Under the pieces are notes generated by a model. The model was not told where the DNA came from and did no database searches. It saw nothing but the letters and a program-made list of their open reading frames with translations. A DNA stretch of 64,000 nucleotides, taken from positions 167,903,741 through 167,967,740 of the forward strand of contig CM041465.1 of the NCBI GenBank assembly GCA_023213395.1, given 5' to 3'. Source of the DNA: Cycas panzhihuaensis. Lineage: Eukaryota; Plantae; Cycadophyta. Numbering within the stretch: position 1 is the first letter of the stretch; every line of letters begins with the position of its first letter. Positions 31,001 through 44,373 of the stretch are shown here, one piece after another. The position numbers and the translations under genes were made by a program.

Positions 31001-34000
31001 TTAAAAGGGCAAGATAGATTCCCCAGGAATAGGATTCTCAAAAGGGTAGGATAGATGCCCCCTATGCATGCTAAGGAGGGATATTATACAAGGAGGTTCC
31101 TCATAATTGTTTTCAGACTTGGTTACTTAAGACAGCTAGATACCTGTAACTTCTAATATTAATAGAGGTAGATCAAATCAAGTTTGTATGAGAGGCATGC
31201 ATTTCCCCTATTTCATCTTAGTGGTCTTAATCATCAATGGGGCAAGCAATTGATAAGTTGGATAGATCCTCAACTTCATTAGTTGACCGAAAGATTACTT
31301 GGCAAGGTTGGTGAGGCAATCGACTAGGGGGAGGTTCTTAAGTGACAACTTTTATTTGCCCTTCATTGGTAAATTTGAGTTGCTCTTATCTAGAGGAGTA
31401 AACAACTCCCATCTGATCGGGCCATGGATGTCATAGAAAAAGGTTATAGTCCACATCTATGTTAAGGACTATAATATCTGTTTGGATGGTTTTGTCCTCT
31501 AAGGTAAGGGGTAGTATCACCATTCCCAAGGGTGCCTTCTCGTTACCATCGTTGCCTTGGTACCTTCATGGAATTGATTTGAGGGCCCTATCCCTAACTT
31601 CTCCACCATGCATATAAGTATGGAATTAACTAAAGATTTACTATCTATGATGGTCCTCTTCAAGGTAAAATCTGGGATATCTATAGTGATAGTGAAAGGG
31701 TAATACCATTAGTGCTTCTTTTCATTGGGAGGAGGTAGGTCTCTAGGGTCAAAAGTGATGAGAGATACCCCCTTTATGATGGTACCGATATAATGGACGA
31801 GGGCATCCTTTTGACCTAGGGTTTTAGAAGAAGGGATTATTGCTTGGGGTAACTCTACAGAACGTCCATCATGGAAATACCTTCAGTTATGGTATGGAGC
31901 TCTTTAATAATAAAAAAGACCTTCCTCTTCCTTATGAGTTGGGGGAGCACTCTTTAAAAATCATAGCATTCTATATGGATAAGAATGGTCTTGAAGACTA
32001 AAGGGATTTTTTAGGTAGATTGTCTATGAATGTGTTTTGTTCTAAGGTGGGGGCTTCAACAACCTCCTTGACCTTATAATTGGGTACAAGGGGGTGGTCT
32101 AGAGGATCTAGATGACTCTCTTCCCTTTATTTTTAGGTTGAGAGGATGAAGGATGCTAGGACTTAGGGCTTGGTGAAGAAGACAGGTCTCTTATACCCTT
32201 CCCCTTTGCTTGATTGAAAGAAGGGTTAGGAGATCATCCCCTATTCCTTGACCTCCTATTCTAGGTGGATCGCTCCTATTCCCCATGGTTTGGGAAAGGA
32301 TCCCTATGAATAGGTTGATCTAGATTAGGCTTAGATGCCCTCTTGGGAGAGGTTTCATGACATGGCATAAGCTTTGGATGTTATGACCAACATTGTAAGT
32401 CCTTATGGAGGCAATCCCCATGCACATCACACCACTTCTTCTCTGAAGGAGGTCTTGCCTTCCTTCCTTCAGAAGTCTAGGTATTCCCACCTTCAAGTGG
32501 TATGGTTTAGGAGGTTTAATGGATAGGCCAATGTGACTTTAAGAAGGTTGAAGTTTAAGTTCTTTGATAATATATTCAAAATAATATACAACTAAGTTTA
32601 GGGGATCCAAGGTCCTATTAGTTGTATTAGTAGAAGGCCTTGGAGGTTGTTACTAGCTCTTTTGGTCATGTGGGGGAGGGGCTACCTCATGACATTATGA
32701 CTACCTAAGAGGCTTCTTAAGACTAGCTTGGATCTCAATTACCTCTAATGCCAAGCACTTGGCTATGGAAGAGTCATAAGTCATCATTATCATTTTGAGG
32801 ACATCCATGTGGACCTTAGAGAAAAGGGCATTAACAAAAATCTCCCTCTTTAGTTCCTCAGGAAACGTATCCTTGGAGGAATAAAGGAGATCATAGAAAC
32901 ATCTCACAAAATTATGATTGAGTTTATTATGACCTTGTTTCAATGATAAGAGAGCCTTAGCCCCACTTTTGAGGTGTTAGGATATATCAAAGTAGTTGAT
33001 GGATTCATCAACTAACTACTAGAAGGTAAAGATAAAATGGGCAGGGAGATGGTAGAACCATTTCAATGCATCTCCCTATAAGCATCTTAGAAATAGTTTT
33101 ATTAAAATATAGTGGTAGCCCTAATAATCAATATATACCATGGCGACCCCCCTAACATACTTGGTTGGGTCCTGTGAGGAAGTGATATCAAACTTGGGTA
33201 CTTTGGGAGGATGAGGCAGCAAGTTGGTCTTGACAGCCTTGATGGACAAAGGAGTTTATTAGTAATCAATGAAAGGATAGACCCCGGGTTGAGTTAACAT
33301 ATGAACTTGATAAGTAGAGGGAACTAGGTAAGCATATCTACTCCTATTATGTGGGGGGTAAGAAGGTTGACTATAAAAAGTAAAAGGGTTCCCACCTCTT
33401 TGATAGGAGGCGGCCGACCCCATTTGGGGGTAGGCCATATAATAAGTTGAGTAAAAGGGTCTCACCCCACCATGAGGGTGTATCATATGCATAGTAGAAG
33501 TATGTGGATATACATCCTAAGGAGCTATTATATAGGGATGAGAGATAGGAGGAGGAATAGATCCCCTTTACATAGGAACTATGTACAAAGTCATACTTGT
33601 GGTAGATGGTGTAGGGTAAGAGATGGGGTTTTGCCCATAGGGTCAACCTATGGGAGGTGAAACCCTATAGGGAAGGAGTGAGTCCACCCCATAGGTTGGA
33701 AGGGGGTTTAGCACGTAGAGTGAAGGTTCCATGGGTTGTGGACAAGGGCACATGGGGATAGATCCTCCATGAATCGAAGGATGGGAGTGCAAAGGTACTC
33801 GAAGTCGAATGAAAGGGGTATGTGCCACAATTGATTGTGGCATAGATGCTTGGGTAGGAGGAGGTATGCTTTACCCAATTTGGGTAATCGACATACCTTA
33901 GGGCATCCCTTGGGTTAAGGGAATGCTCATAGATGGAGGGAATATAGGAATAGATCCTATTATCAAAGAGGACATATATTAAAACAAAATAGGTGGAATG

Positions 34001-34641
34001 GAAGTGGAAGAAGGTAAGGCAGTTCTTTGAAGGAGGCACTTTAACCACTTCATAGGTGGATGGGCACTGATGACTTTAAAGTATTGCCTCAATGCTTCTA
34101 CCACATCTCTAGAAAGAGTTCTTGCTTGCTCATATGAGGTAGAGAGTTCCTTATATTGAGTGAAACTCAAAGGATGGTCATCATGTGCCCTCTCACTGGA
34201 ATGAGAGTAGTCCATAGGGAAAGGTCCCCCTATGTCATGCATAGGGTAGGGGTGAAAATTTAGATGTGTCTACTCATCCAAGTAGTAGATAGGGTCCTCA
34301 CTCTCTTAGGTAGGATCTTGGAGAGGATATGATATTTGAGGATAGGAATTAAATGCATATTAGTGATATGCCAAATCCAATGGATAGCCCTCCATTGGTG
34401 ATCTTGGTTTGGATGTAGCAATGGAGGAATAAAGGGGTTCTTCTTTTTTCATAGGAGGGAGGCCATGTACATGATGAGAGAAGCATCAAATTTATGTCTT
34501 CCCAAGGAACTATGGAAGTATAAATATTAGCTTTAGAAAAAGGTGTTGGGATTACCCAACATGCTATGGAGGCCTTATGAGATATATGGTGTCTAATGCC
34601 AGGAAACCAAAGGAATGGAAGTTCCCTAGTATGGTCACTAT
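28065..34641 (-). mobile_element. Gypsy B internal region (Tat-like, non-autonomous)
   Basis: PBS near 34622-34640; gag; knuckle WCDVHGDCLHKDLQC near 32430; protease near 31400-31700; RT start EFYDFFAWDYSNMKGI...HPKLSA truncated near 30175; additional RNase H; PPT. Confidence 0.9.
28560..28960 (-). pseudogene. Stand-alone additional RNase HI ORF of gypsy B
   Basis: LLIYTNGGNHGNPGPST...MNNKVEY...HYDS*...IPHSRNTEVDNL; homologous to 17743-18165 and in the same position upstream of the PPT. Confidence 0.88.
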
Positions 34642-35511
34642 TGGAAGCATGCCTCTAAGGGAGTCACTAGGAATTACTACACTTTAGTTAATGCTAGTGT
34701 TAAGGAATAGTAATCTAGAGGTGTAATAGAGGTTTAGCTTGCCCTTGAAGGGCATCCGTGCACTTGAGTGTAGGTTCAAGAGACCCACATCGTGTGTGTT
34801 CCCCTTTTCTACTATATAGGGTTGTGGTTTAGAGTGAATGGGTGGTATTCTTAGGTGGTAAATGGGTTGGCATCATAGGATTACTGAGTAGCCTAGAGAG
34901 ATCATGCTATCCTCATTTTAAAAGGAGGAAATAAGAGCTCCCTTTTAGAAAAGCGTAGGTATGGTATGGATAGCAAACAAATATAGAGTGAAAGGTCAAA
35001 GTTGTTTCTTTATCACCTAAAGGGTTACATTTAGATTTATGAGAGATATAAAGGTTTTCCTTTGATGTAAGTTTTGTGACAAGTGTGATAGTTTACTTAT
35101 TTGAATGTTGTCTTGTGGTAAAACATGATGTTTTGTACAAAATATAAGTTATGGTTATGTTGTTTACAAAATAAAAGGATTAACTAGCGATGCACAACAA
35201 TCACATTCTATCACTCTCAAGCTCACTCTCTTTTACTTTTGGCAAAAGGTAACTTGAATCTATATGCCTAAAAGAGAGTCAATTTTGTATTCGGGGAAGA
35301 TATGAAGGAAAAGGAAGGATGAATATCACTAATGCTTATGCAAAGTTCTTTCCTTTTAATTTGTTTCCCTTTTCATATAAAGGTAAATGCACTTCTCTAA
35401 TCTAGATTTTTTTAACCTAGTTTCTACATGCATACCTATATGCAAAATAAGAGAGCAATCATTTCCTATTATGCCTTTTCCTTCATGAAGAGAAAGGGAG
35501 AGAGTAGGGAT

Positions 35512-35546
<35 letters not shown>

Positions 35547-35560
35547 CATACACACAGACA

Positions 35561-35619
<59 letters not shown>

Positions 35620-37764
35620 TCTTTTTTTTTTTAAGTTCTTTTCTTTCCTATGAATGCAAATATACATGTTATGCAAAAATGAATCCCTTACTTTTGTTAC
35701 ATATATATATGTAAGTGCTAATAATCAAATGATAAGCTTGGAAGAAAAATGGGAGAAATAGGAGAGAGTTTGGAAAGATTGTACCCAGTTAACCATGTTT
35801 GAATGCAACCTTGACCTAGCTCCTTCTTTGTTCTTCCCTTTCCAATGGTGCAAGCTCTTTCTTAGTGACAAGAGTCATTAAAGACAAATAGGGCTTCCTT
35901 ACATTTCTTAAGCTCAAAGGGAATGTTGTATAAACAAGAGGAAATGAACAAGTAAAAGATCAAAATGTGCACTAAAAGATGTGATGCTAAATCACCAACT
36001 AATATTACCTTATGGCGAAGCTTTCCTCATGCCCTTTTAACTAGTAAGGACAGACCTTATACCTACAAGCATGAATAAAAACTCTCCGCATAAGAGATAT
36101 GTATAATATATATATCTATATGATTATTTTACAATATATTTGTTATCTCTTTTTTATTCAAAAGAAACAAATCAAGTGTTACTTCTATTCTCCTCAAGAT
36201 CTAAGCATGCAAAAAGTATAAAAAGAGGAATGAGAAGATCGGTATAAGAAAGAAGGGGGGTTGCCTCAGAATGGCATGGCCTCCCTAAACAAGAGTGATC
36301 TTTCAAGTGTATCAAGAAGAAATACTTGATCTTGCAACTTTGGTCTAATATTCAGAGGGACAAATATGATATAAAGGTAAGATACAAAGTCTCAAAGGTG
36401 ATCAATGGATTGCTAGTTAATTGGTATGGTTATATGGTTTTGTATTAGGGAAGGAGTGTTCGTGCACAATGAGGTAGGGTACTTCGTGGTGTTAGAAGGG
36501 GATTACCCAATGGAAAGGGGGTTTAAAAGTTGGAACTTTTATATATTTTCCCTTCTCTAAGTCCCTTAACTAGCTAGTACACTACTTATTTCCTTCTCTA
36601 ATGCCTCGGTTGATGATGGGGACTTTCTAGTTTACGAAGAAGAATTTTCTTGAAAGTTTTAGTAAGCAAACTTGGCAAGATCTATTAGCTATTGTTCCTA
36701 AACTAAGATATCAAAGAGAATACATATAAATAATGAAAATCAAGGCAAACTAACAAAAAATTTTGTTAAAAATAAAAGAATTGTTGGGTCTTACCCACTC
36801 GAAACAAGTAGACTTGGTGATTATAGAAGAATTTATTGATAAAGGATCCTTGTCGCTCTTAAAGGAATTCCTTTTAAGAGAATCCTTGAATGTTGAGATA
36901 GTATAAAAGAGTCTTCTTGATTGTAGAAGCTTGTTGGGGAAGTCTTTTGGGTGCTAAAGATTGGAATCCTCTTGTGCTTACTCCTCAAAACTCTATTTTT
37001 TCACCTTTCTATCAAGAGATAGCTTGAAACATGAAAGAATGAGATCTAGAGTGATTGTAGAATGATGAAAATGTAAATGAAAGTTAGTTTTTATATTTGA
37101 ATGAGTTCCCCCTACTATTACAACTCAATCTAGGCTTGTCTTGAGGCATCAGACATGTCAGGGGATGCATTAAATATAAATTAGAAAGTTGCTAGCCGTG
37201 ACTAGCTATGCAATAGTCACATCGTGAATTTATTCATAGCACCACAAATATATCTGTGAGGCACAACAATCAAAGTGGGGCAAGAAAGGAATCAACATGG
37301 GATGAATAGAACTCTCTATGATGTAAAGATAGGCTATAAAAATTGATGAAAATAAAGTGAAATCTAAATAAAAAGGTTGTAAATTTCTCCCTAAAGCCTT
37401 TTCACACTACCCCTAGGTTATCCAAGTTACTAATGATATATGATAAAGGGGAAAAAGATATAATAAATGAGTGAAAATGAGTCAAAACTCATTAAGAACC
37501 AGGTTGTAAGGATACATAATAGACCTCTTCTTAACTAGAAGACTATTATGGTGGCTCTAAATACCATTGGACTAGAGTCATAGTCATCATAGGCAAAAAT
37601 AGATGCAAGCAAGCCAAGTAAAATAAGAAATCAAGAATCCAAATAGCCAAACAGGCATCATATAAGGTAATGACCTAACGGGTACAATGAAATATAAGAT
37701 AAAATACATACTTGTACTTACCTACACTATGAACTCTTAATCTATTTCCAATAGGTAAGAAACA
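34642..37764 (-). repeat. Gypsy B 5' LTR (3.12 kb) with (CA)n(TA)n tract near 35510-35620
   Basis: TG...CA; minus-strand start TGTTTCTTACCTATTGG resembles the LTR start of A. Confidence 0.93.
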
Positions 37765-37769
37765 CCAAA

Positions 37770-38383
37770 TATATTTAGAGATTTATAGGGATAGCATTAA
37801 AGATTAGACTTAATTTATTATGATTAACTAATTGACCTAAGATAAAAGTATAGATCCTCAATGCTTGATCCAAGATAACAATCTTTGTTTTTATAGGTTA
37901 ACCTATTAGAATAATATCATCTATAAATATTTGGTGAGTTGAACATTCAACACCATCAATAAGCACCCACTTTAGTAAACCATTATTCTAGAGCTAGTTT
38001 AAAAATGAAGATAAGCCTTCCATAGGTATAAGAAATATAGGAACGTAATGGAAACCTTGTTGAATGCCTCTGTTAATAAGAAAATAACAGCTAATAGATT
38101 CATTTTCTTTGATGGCCATGGATACTATTGGAAATAATCCTTTAACCCATCTAAGATGGGCCTATTCTAACCCTTTATTTGTAAGCATAATAAAGATGAA
38201 ATCCCTTTCAACTATATTGTAGGCTTTATTGGTATTTGATTTTAGAATTACTATAGGCTAATTTTGAGTTTTTATTAAATAAAAAACCTCTATAACAATT
38301 GTTATGCTATCTATAATTTAATAAACTTTGACGAAAGCAGTCTTATTTTTATTAACTATTTTATGGATAAATTTATTTAAATG
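37770..38383 (-). mobile_element. Old L1-type LINE, RT core fragment
   Basis: Minus-strand reading KTAFVK...IIDSI...NKAYNIV...RGIQQG...HQIFIDDIIL; continues the RT interrupted at 44374. Confidence 0.85.
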
Positions 38384-38699
38384 TTTTTTTTTTTATAATA
38401 AGTTTTAAATAAATGAGGGGATTAAAAGGGGACCCCAACCCCTATACAAAATCTACTAGATTGACTGCATAGATTAGCCATGATAAGCAAACATCCTAGC
38501 TACCTAGAAAAACCCACTCGACATATTCCTAACCCTTCCCAACCATGACAAGCCCAGTGGTTTGCTCTAGAAAACCAAATTAAATAGAAGCCACTAGTGG
38601 CTAGTGCTGCCCTAAAAGATAAATTGGAGTATGTGCCCCCTAGATCCTTCCTGACCAGGCCCATAATCTCCTTAGGAAAATTGTCCTTCCACACTACAC

Positions 38700-41600
38700 C
38701 CTTTCTAAACTAAACACCCCTGTTTGCCAGTTGGTTGGCTACCATATTTCTTTCCCTGTAAATGTAGACCACGCTAATATTTTCTCTCCTTTAAGGAGAC
38801 ACCTTAGCATCATTTATCATGGATTTATGCCTCTAGTTTGGCTCTACTTCCCCTCTGATCAATTTTATTACATTTAGAGAATCCCCTTCCATAATGACTC
38901 TTAGGATTACCTCTCGAGATACCAAATCCATTACTTTACACATCACTTCAAGCTCTACTCGATGATTTATCTGAATACAATAATAATTAGTGAAAGCCTA
39001 GAGCGCTTTGCCTTCTCTATCTCTACATAACCCTCCACCTCCTACCTCATCGGGGTTATCCTTTAACATACCATTGAAATTTACTTTAACCCATTCTCTG
39101 GTGGAGGGTACCAAGTACCATACTTCTTCATCTCCACCTCTAATTTGGGATTCACAATGCCCCATTTTTCTGGAATCTTCCTTTCCTTATAATTTATAAA
39201 ATTATCTTCCTTCTCCTTTAAGGTCTTTTTTAGGGTAGTGATAATCATCCCAAAACATTTTGATTCATTCATCCTTTTGTCTTGAAAGGTGTTCCTATTC
39301 CTTTCTTTCCATATATTCCATACCAACATGGGTAAGGAGGTTCTCCATAAGAAACTCAGAGTCCTACATCTAAAGGGGAAGGACCAAGTAAAAACTAAAT
39401 TCTTCATTATCCTAGATAACACCCATATTACCTCAAAGATGCTCCACACCTTTACCCACACCTCCCTAGTATAGGGCCATTGCAATATAATGTGGTTCAA
39501 GGACTCCTCCTCTTAGAGATAAAGAATGCATCTATTCACCAATGAGAAACCTCTATTCCTTAGGTTATCTAGGGTTAGAGCTTTATTCTTGAGACAAAGC
39601 CAGTAGAAGATGGCAACCATGGGGATTAACCTTAATTTCCATACTCCCCTAAGCAACTTATTTTCACTTATGCCTTTCTCAGAAATAAAAAATAAATAGC
39701 TAGATTTAATAGAGTAATCCCCTAAGGGGGAAGTAGGCTAAACTAGGGAATCATCCCTAGGGTATCTAAGAATGTACATTTTATTTAAATCATTCTTGAG
39801 GGTTGTAATTTGTTGCTCTCCTACTCATTCAGGGGGGATATCATCGAAACATTTCCATTCTTTCACTTCCCCCCAAGCCTCCCAGTAACTTTTCACCTTT
39901 CCACTATAAAGGCTTTCACAAATGTCCTGGATAGGGGTGAGAGTAGGTCTCTTACTCAGTTGGGTGTGGCCATACTAGATGTCCTCCTAAAAGTCAATTA
40001 TCTTTCCATACCCTAGGCACCACTAAGCTCTTGATGTTAGCATCTTCCTTACATAAACCAAACTTCTCTAGATAGTAGAACCCTACTTTCTTGGGATGTT
40101 GTGCTTCAAGTGTTGGTTATCTCCCAGATATTTCTGTGCAACTATCTTGCCATAGGATCTATCCTCTTTTTTGTAAGTCTCCAACCTAATTTAGTAACTA
40201 AGGCTTTGTTGAAGCAAGCTATATCCTTAATATTTAAACCACTCTCCCACGTAGGAAGGAAGATTTACTCCTAGAATACTAAATGTATTCTATCCTTATC
40301 CTCAGCCCTAGACCATAGGAATCCTTTCTAGATAGACTTGAGGGCATTTATAACCTTCATTAGACACCTAAATAAAGACATCATATAGGTAGGTATATTT
40401 TGAAGGGAGGAGGGAGGCCACCAAAAGTTGAAGCTTCCCTGCCTTACTTAATAAGGCCCCCTTACAACCTACTATATTCCTTTGATCCTAGCTGATTATT
40501 GGGTCTAGAGATCCTCAATTTTACTAACAAATAGGGACAAGTCAAGGTATAGAGTAGGAAGATTCTTGGTACTCATTTCTAGGATTCTATTGATAACTCT
40601 TTGAGTCCTCTCTATATTATTCAGAAAAAAAGTATTGCTCTTATTTAAGTTGACCTTCTAATTTGTTATTGCCTCAAACCTTTCCAACTCTGCTTTTATA
40701 GCTCTAGCTTCCTTTATGGATGCTCTACTCAATAAAATATTATCATCTATAAAATGTCTACGAATAACATTGTTAACGCTCGAGGTGGGCTTTAAGCCCA
40801 CAATCTTTGGACTCCTCCTAGCCTCCCCTATAGACTTTCCCATTAGCTTGGCCATGATGATGAATAAATATAGGGCTAATGGATCCCCTTGTCCCAGCCC
40901 CCTAAATCCTAGAAAAAATGTAGAGGAAGTGCCATTTACAACCACTGAGAAGCTCCACTTTGAGGTACAACTTTTTATTTATTTCCTCCATCGATCCCCA
41001 AAGCCAAAGGTTGTAGTACATTCTATTAAACACCCCAATGATGCCCTATCATAAGACTTTGAAAGGTCAATCTATATTATCATGTTAGGCTCCTTTCTTT
41101 ATGAGGTTGAGTGGACCATTTCATGAACCATTATGATTCCATCCAAAATTTATATACCTTTTACGAACCCATCCTGACTTGAGGCTATAATCAAAGGGAG
41201 GAATTCCTTTAGCCTATTAGCTAGGATCTTGGTTATGATTTTATACTTCACATTATACAAATTGATTAGCCCAAAGTCTTCCATTCTTTTTAGATCACCT
41301 TTCTTCAGAATCAAGACTAGGAAGGTGGTCTGCCATTCTCCATAGATCTTGCCATTTTCATAGAACTCCCTTACAACTTCTAAGAGATCATCTTTAATGG
41401 TATCCTAATATTCCTAGTAAAAATTAGGGGGGAAGCCATCGAGACCAGGATATTTCTCTCTCTTTATACCAAACACAGCTTTCCTCATCTCTTCCATAGA
41501 GAATGAGGCTTCTAAAGATCTATTCATAACATCTCTCTGTTGGAATCCTTATCTCCACAACTAGGTTCATTAAATAAGTCCTTGAAATAGTCCACCACTC

Positions 41601-42770
41601 TATCCTTAACATCCTTATTAAACAGAGCTTTGATTTGGTTGCAGTTTCTCTATTTCAAAGTTGTCATATGGAAGAATTTTGTGTTTTTATCCCCCTTAGC
41701 AAGCCACAGGGCTGCAAACTTTTGTCTCCAAAAAATTTTCTCCTTGTCTAGAACTTCCTCCAGTTTGGTTAGGAGGCTTCTTTCATTCTAGTCTAGGGAA
41801 AGAGACCTCCCTTCCTTATAAATTTTCTCCTCCAAAGTATTTAGCTCCTCTAAAATCTAATTCTTTATGACAAAGATGTCCCTATGGGATTTCTTATTCC
41901 AATCTTTTACTTGATGCTTCACCTAGTTCAATTTTTTTGAGAATCTAAATATCATATAACCTTAAACAAGAGTCTTCCACCACTCTGTAATAAGATTACA
42001 AAGGCCTGAGTCTTTTATCCATATCATCTCAAAGTGGAAAGGGGCTCCATGTGGCCTTTATTTTCTTCAAATCCCAGTACTAGGGGGGAGTGGTTTGAGA
42101 CCATCTTTGGTTTGGCTTCCAAAATGATATTATTGTATTGGCTTACCCAAGCATGGTTGACTACCACTATATCTAATCTAACCTAAATATGATTAGCACC
42201 CAATCTTCTATTTGACTAGGTAAACATTGGACCTCTAGGTGGGATGTACATTAAGCCTTCCTTCTTTATGAAATCCCCCAGATCTTCCATGTTTTTTATC
42301 CACGCAACCTGACCATCCTTCTTTTTCTCAAGAGATAGGGACATGTTAAAATCGCTAGTAATCAACCAAGGGCCCATCCACTCCTTATGGGCCTCTAGTA
42401 GCCTAGCCCATAAGTGACTCCTCCCCTCCTATATTAGGGGGGTATATATGTTTGATACTAGCCACTTGGTGTTTAACTTTTTATAGGTCAACGAGCTAGA
42501 TATAAAGTGTTCCTTAGTGTAACAGGCCTCTCGCTCCCAATCTTTGGGATTCCACATGGTGGCTAGACTGCTTGAGCCCCTAGACCCATCTGAGATGATC
42601 CACTCAGCTCCTTTCCATACTCTATTCTTAATTTTTTTCCTATTCTCATTTACCAATTTGGTCTCTTGTAGCAAAAGAATATCTAACTCTAGGTGGCCAT
42701 GCATCTCTTTTACTATTCTATACTTTGATGGGGCATTTATGCCCCGTATATTCTAAGAGGCAAGTTTCAT
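38700..42770 (-). pseudogene. L1 ORF2: AP endonuclease, RT, zf-RVT, RNase H
   Basis: MKLAS*NIRG...DILLLQETK; RGLGQGDPLA...HFIDD; HIILQW.Y...W; WNIWKERN; EGDSL; HIYRERN..AN.LA. Confidence 0.92.
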
Positions 42771-42774
42771 GTTG

Positions 42775-44178
42775 ACTCCTCCCCCTCTTTCCTTCCAGGC
42801 CTCAACATCTCTTACTTCTTAATTTGGGGCCCTGCCCTCCTCCTCCATCTCTTAAGGTACGTTGTGTCCCTTAATCTATCTAAATCACTGTCTCCCTCTC
42901 TTGTAGAACCTTTGATGATGGCCTCCCAATCCTCTTCTTACTTCTAAGATTGGGACCTTTGGTGTGGTTTAGCTCCTTGGCTTCTCCCTAGATAATTTCT
43001 CTTACCTTCCAGACCTTCTCAAGTTTCTTTTGCTCCTCTTGTCTATTTGGGGACAGTCCTTCTACCACTTAAGAGGGCTCCTCAATATCTATAGTGTTCT
43101 CCTTGCTAGCCTTTTTAGGATGGGTCTCTTCAGGTTCAGTCTGAAGGAGGTCTGGAGGGGCCCTTAATTTACCTGCCCCTTCTTCAAAAAGGGTATCTTC
43201 TTCATCTAGATTTAGTTCATGTCCTACCTCTATTAGATTATGGTCCTTCCCATCCACTATTAGATTAGGGTCCTATCTAGTCTTAGTTTAAATTTCTTCA
43301 TTTCCTTTTACCTCTTTGAAACCCTCTTTGGGGCCACACTGCATCTTGTTCTCCTTTTTCTTTTCATCTTCATGGAGCTCTAAGGGATTTGACCTTGGTT
43401 CTCCTCGACAACTATGAGGGAGGTGACCTAAATGTTTACACTTTAGATATATCATATTTTCTAACTCATACATTAGTTTCTGTTCTCTGTTCCACCCAAA
43501 CTTGTTAACTATCACCTGGTCATGAAGGGGTTTATCTATTCTAGTGAAAATATAGAACCTAGCATTGATTAATCTACTCTTACTTTTTGTAGCTAAGTCC
43601 ACTACTAGGAGTGGCCCTATAGCCTTTACTACCCCTTTAATACTGTTTATATCCCAAGCTTGAAGTGGGAGACCTCGTAATTAAACCTATAGAGGGATTT
43701 GCTTAATGGCACCCTCAATTGAATCAAAATTTGGTTGCTATTTCTCCATGATCATTGCCTTCCTCCTTATCATCTAGGGTGATTTTAGTAGAACATTAAC
43801 CATATCTTCTTAAAGCATAAACTTGAAAAGCACACACCCTTTTAGGAATGTATTAACCTCCACTAGGCCTTTCAGCTTCCATCTTTGGCTTACCCATTTC
43901 CTAATGGGATCAACACCCAACTTAGGGCTTGAAAAGTGCCCCACTAAATTATTTCCCCAATGTTTTTCCATCCATTCTGATAGTCTCTTAGATACAGGGA
44001 TTCTGATATGGTCCTCATCTATGATGGGGTTTACATCAAATGTCTTAACTTCTTCATTTCTTAGTGCCTCTAGGCACGATTTTCCACTGAGAGGAGTATG
44101 GGTCTAGTTGGGGTTTTATGGCTATTTTGGTTGATTCAAGAAAGGATCCATACTCCAACTATATATAACTTCCTCCAT
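42775..44178 (-). pseudogene. L1 ORF1 (DUF4283-like region plus zinc knuckle)
   Basis: ATG at 44178; GLP...W motif near 43670; knuckle KCKHLGHLPHSC in ORF 43288-43602. Confidence 0.85.
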
Positions 44179-44373
44179 GATCTACAAAATAGCACAAAAA
44201 GCTTCAATTTTAACCAAAACACAATCCTCACCCACTTTAAAATGGAGATTCGATGATTGCACCCTATAGGTCTATTCTCTTCTACTCGTAATAATATTCT
44301 CCATGCTACCTCTACAACTAGTGTATTCTAGCTGTATGTACCTTAATCTATGTCCTTCCAGCTTAGATACCTC

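Larger units (their letters stand above)
38384..44373 (-). mobile_element. Full-length plant L1 LINE (6.0 kb) with RNase H domain
   Basis: Poly(A) tail (T run 38384-38394), 8-bp TSD TTTAAATG (38376-38383 / 44374-44381), ORF1 and ORF2. Confidence 0.92.
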
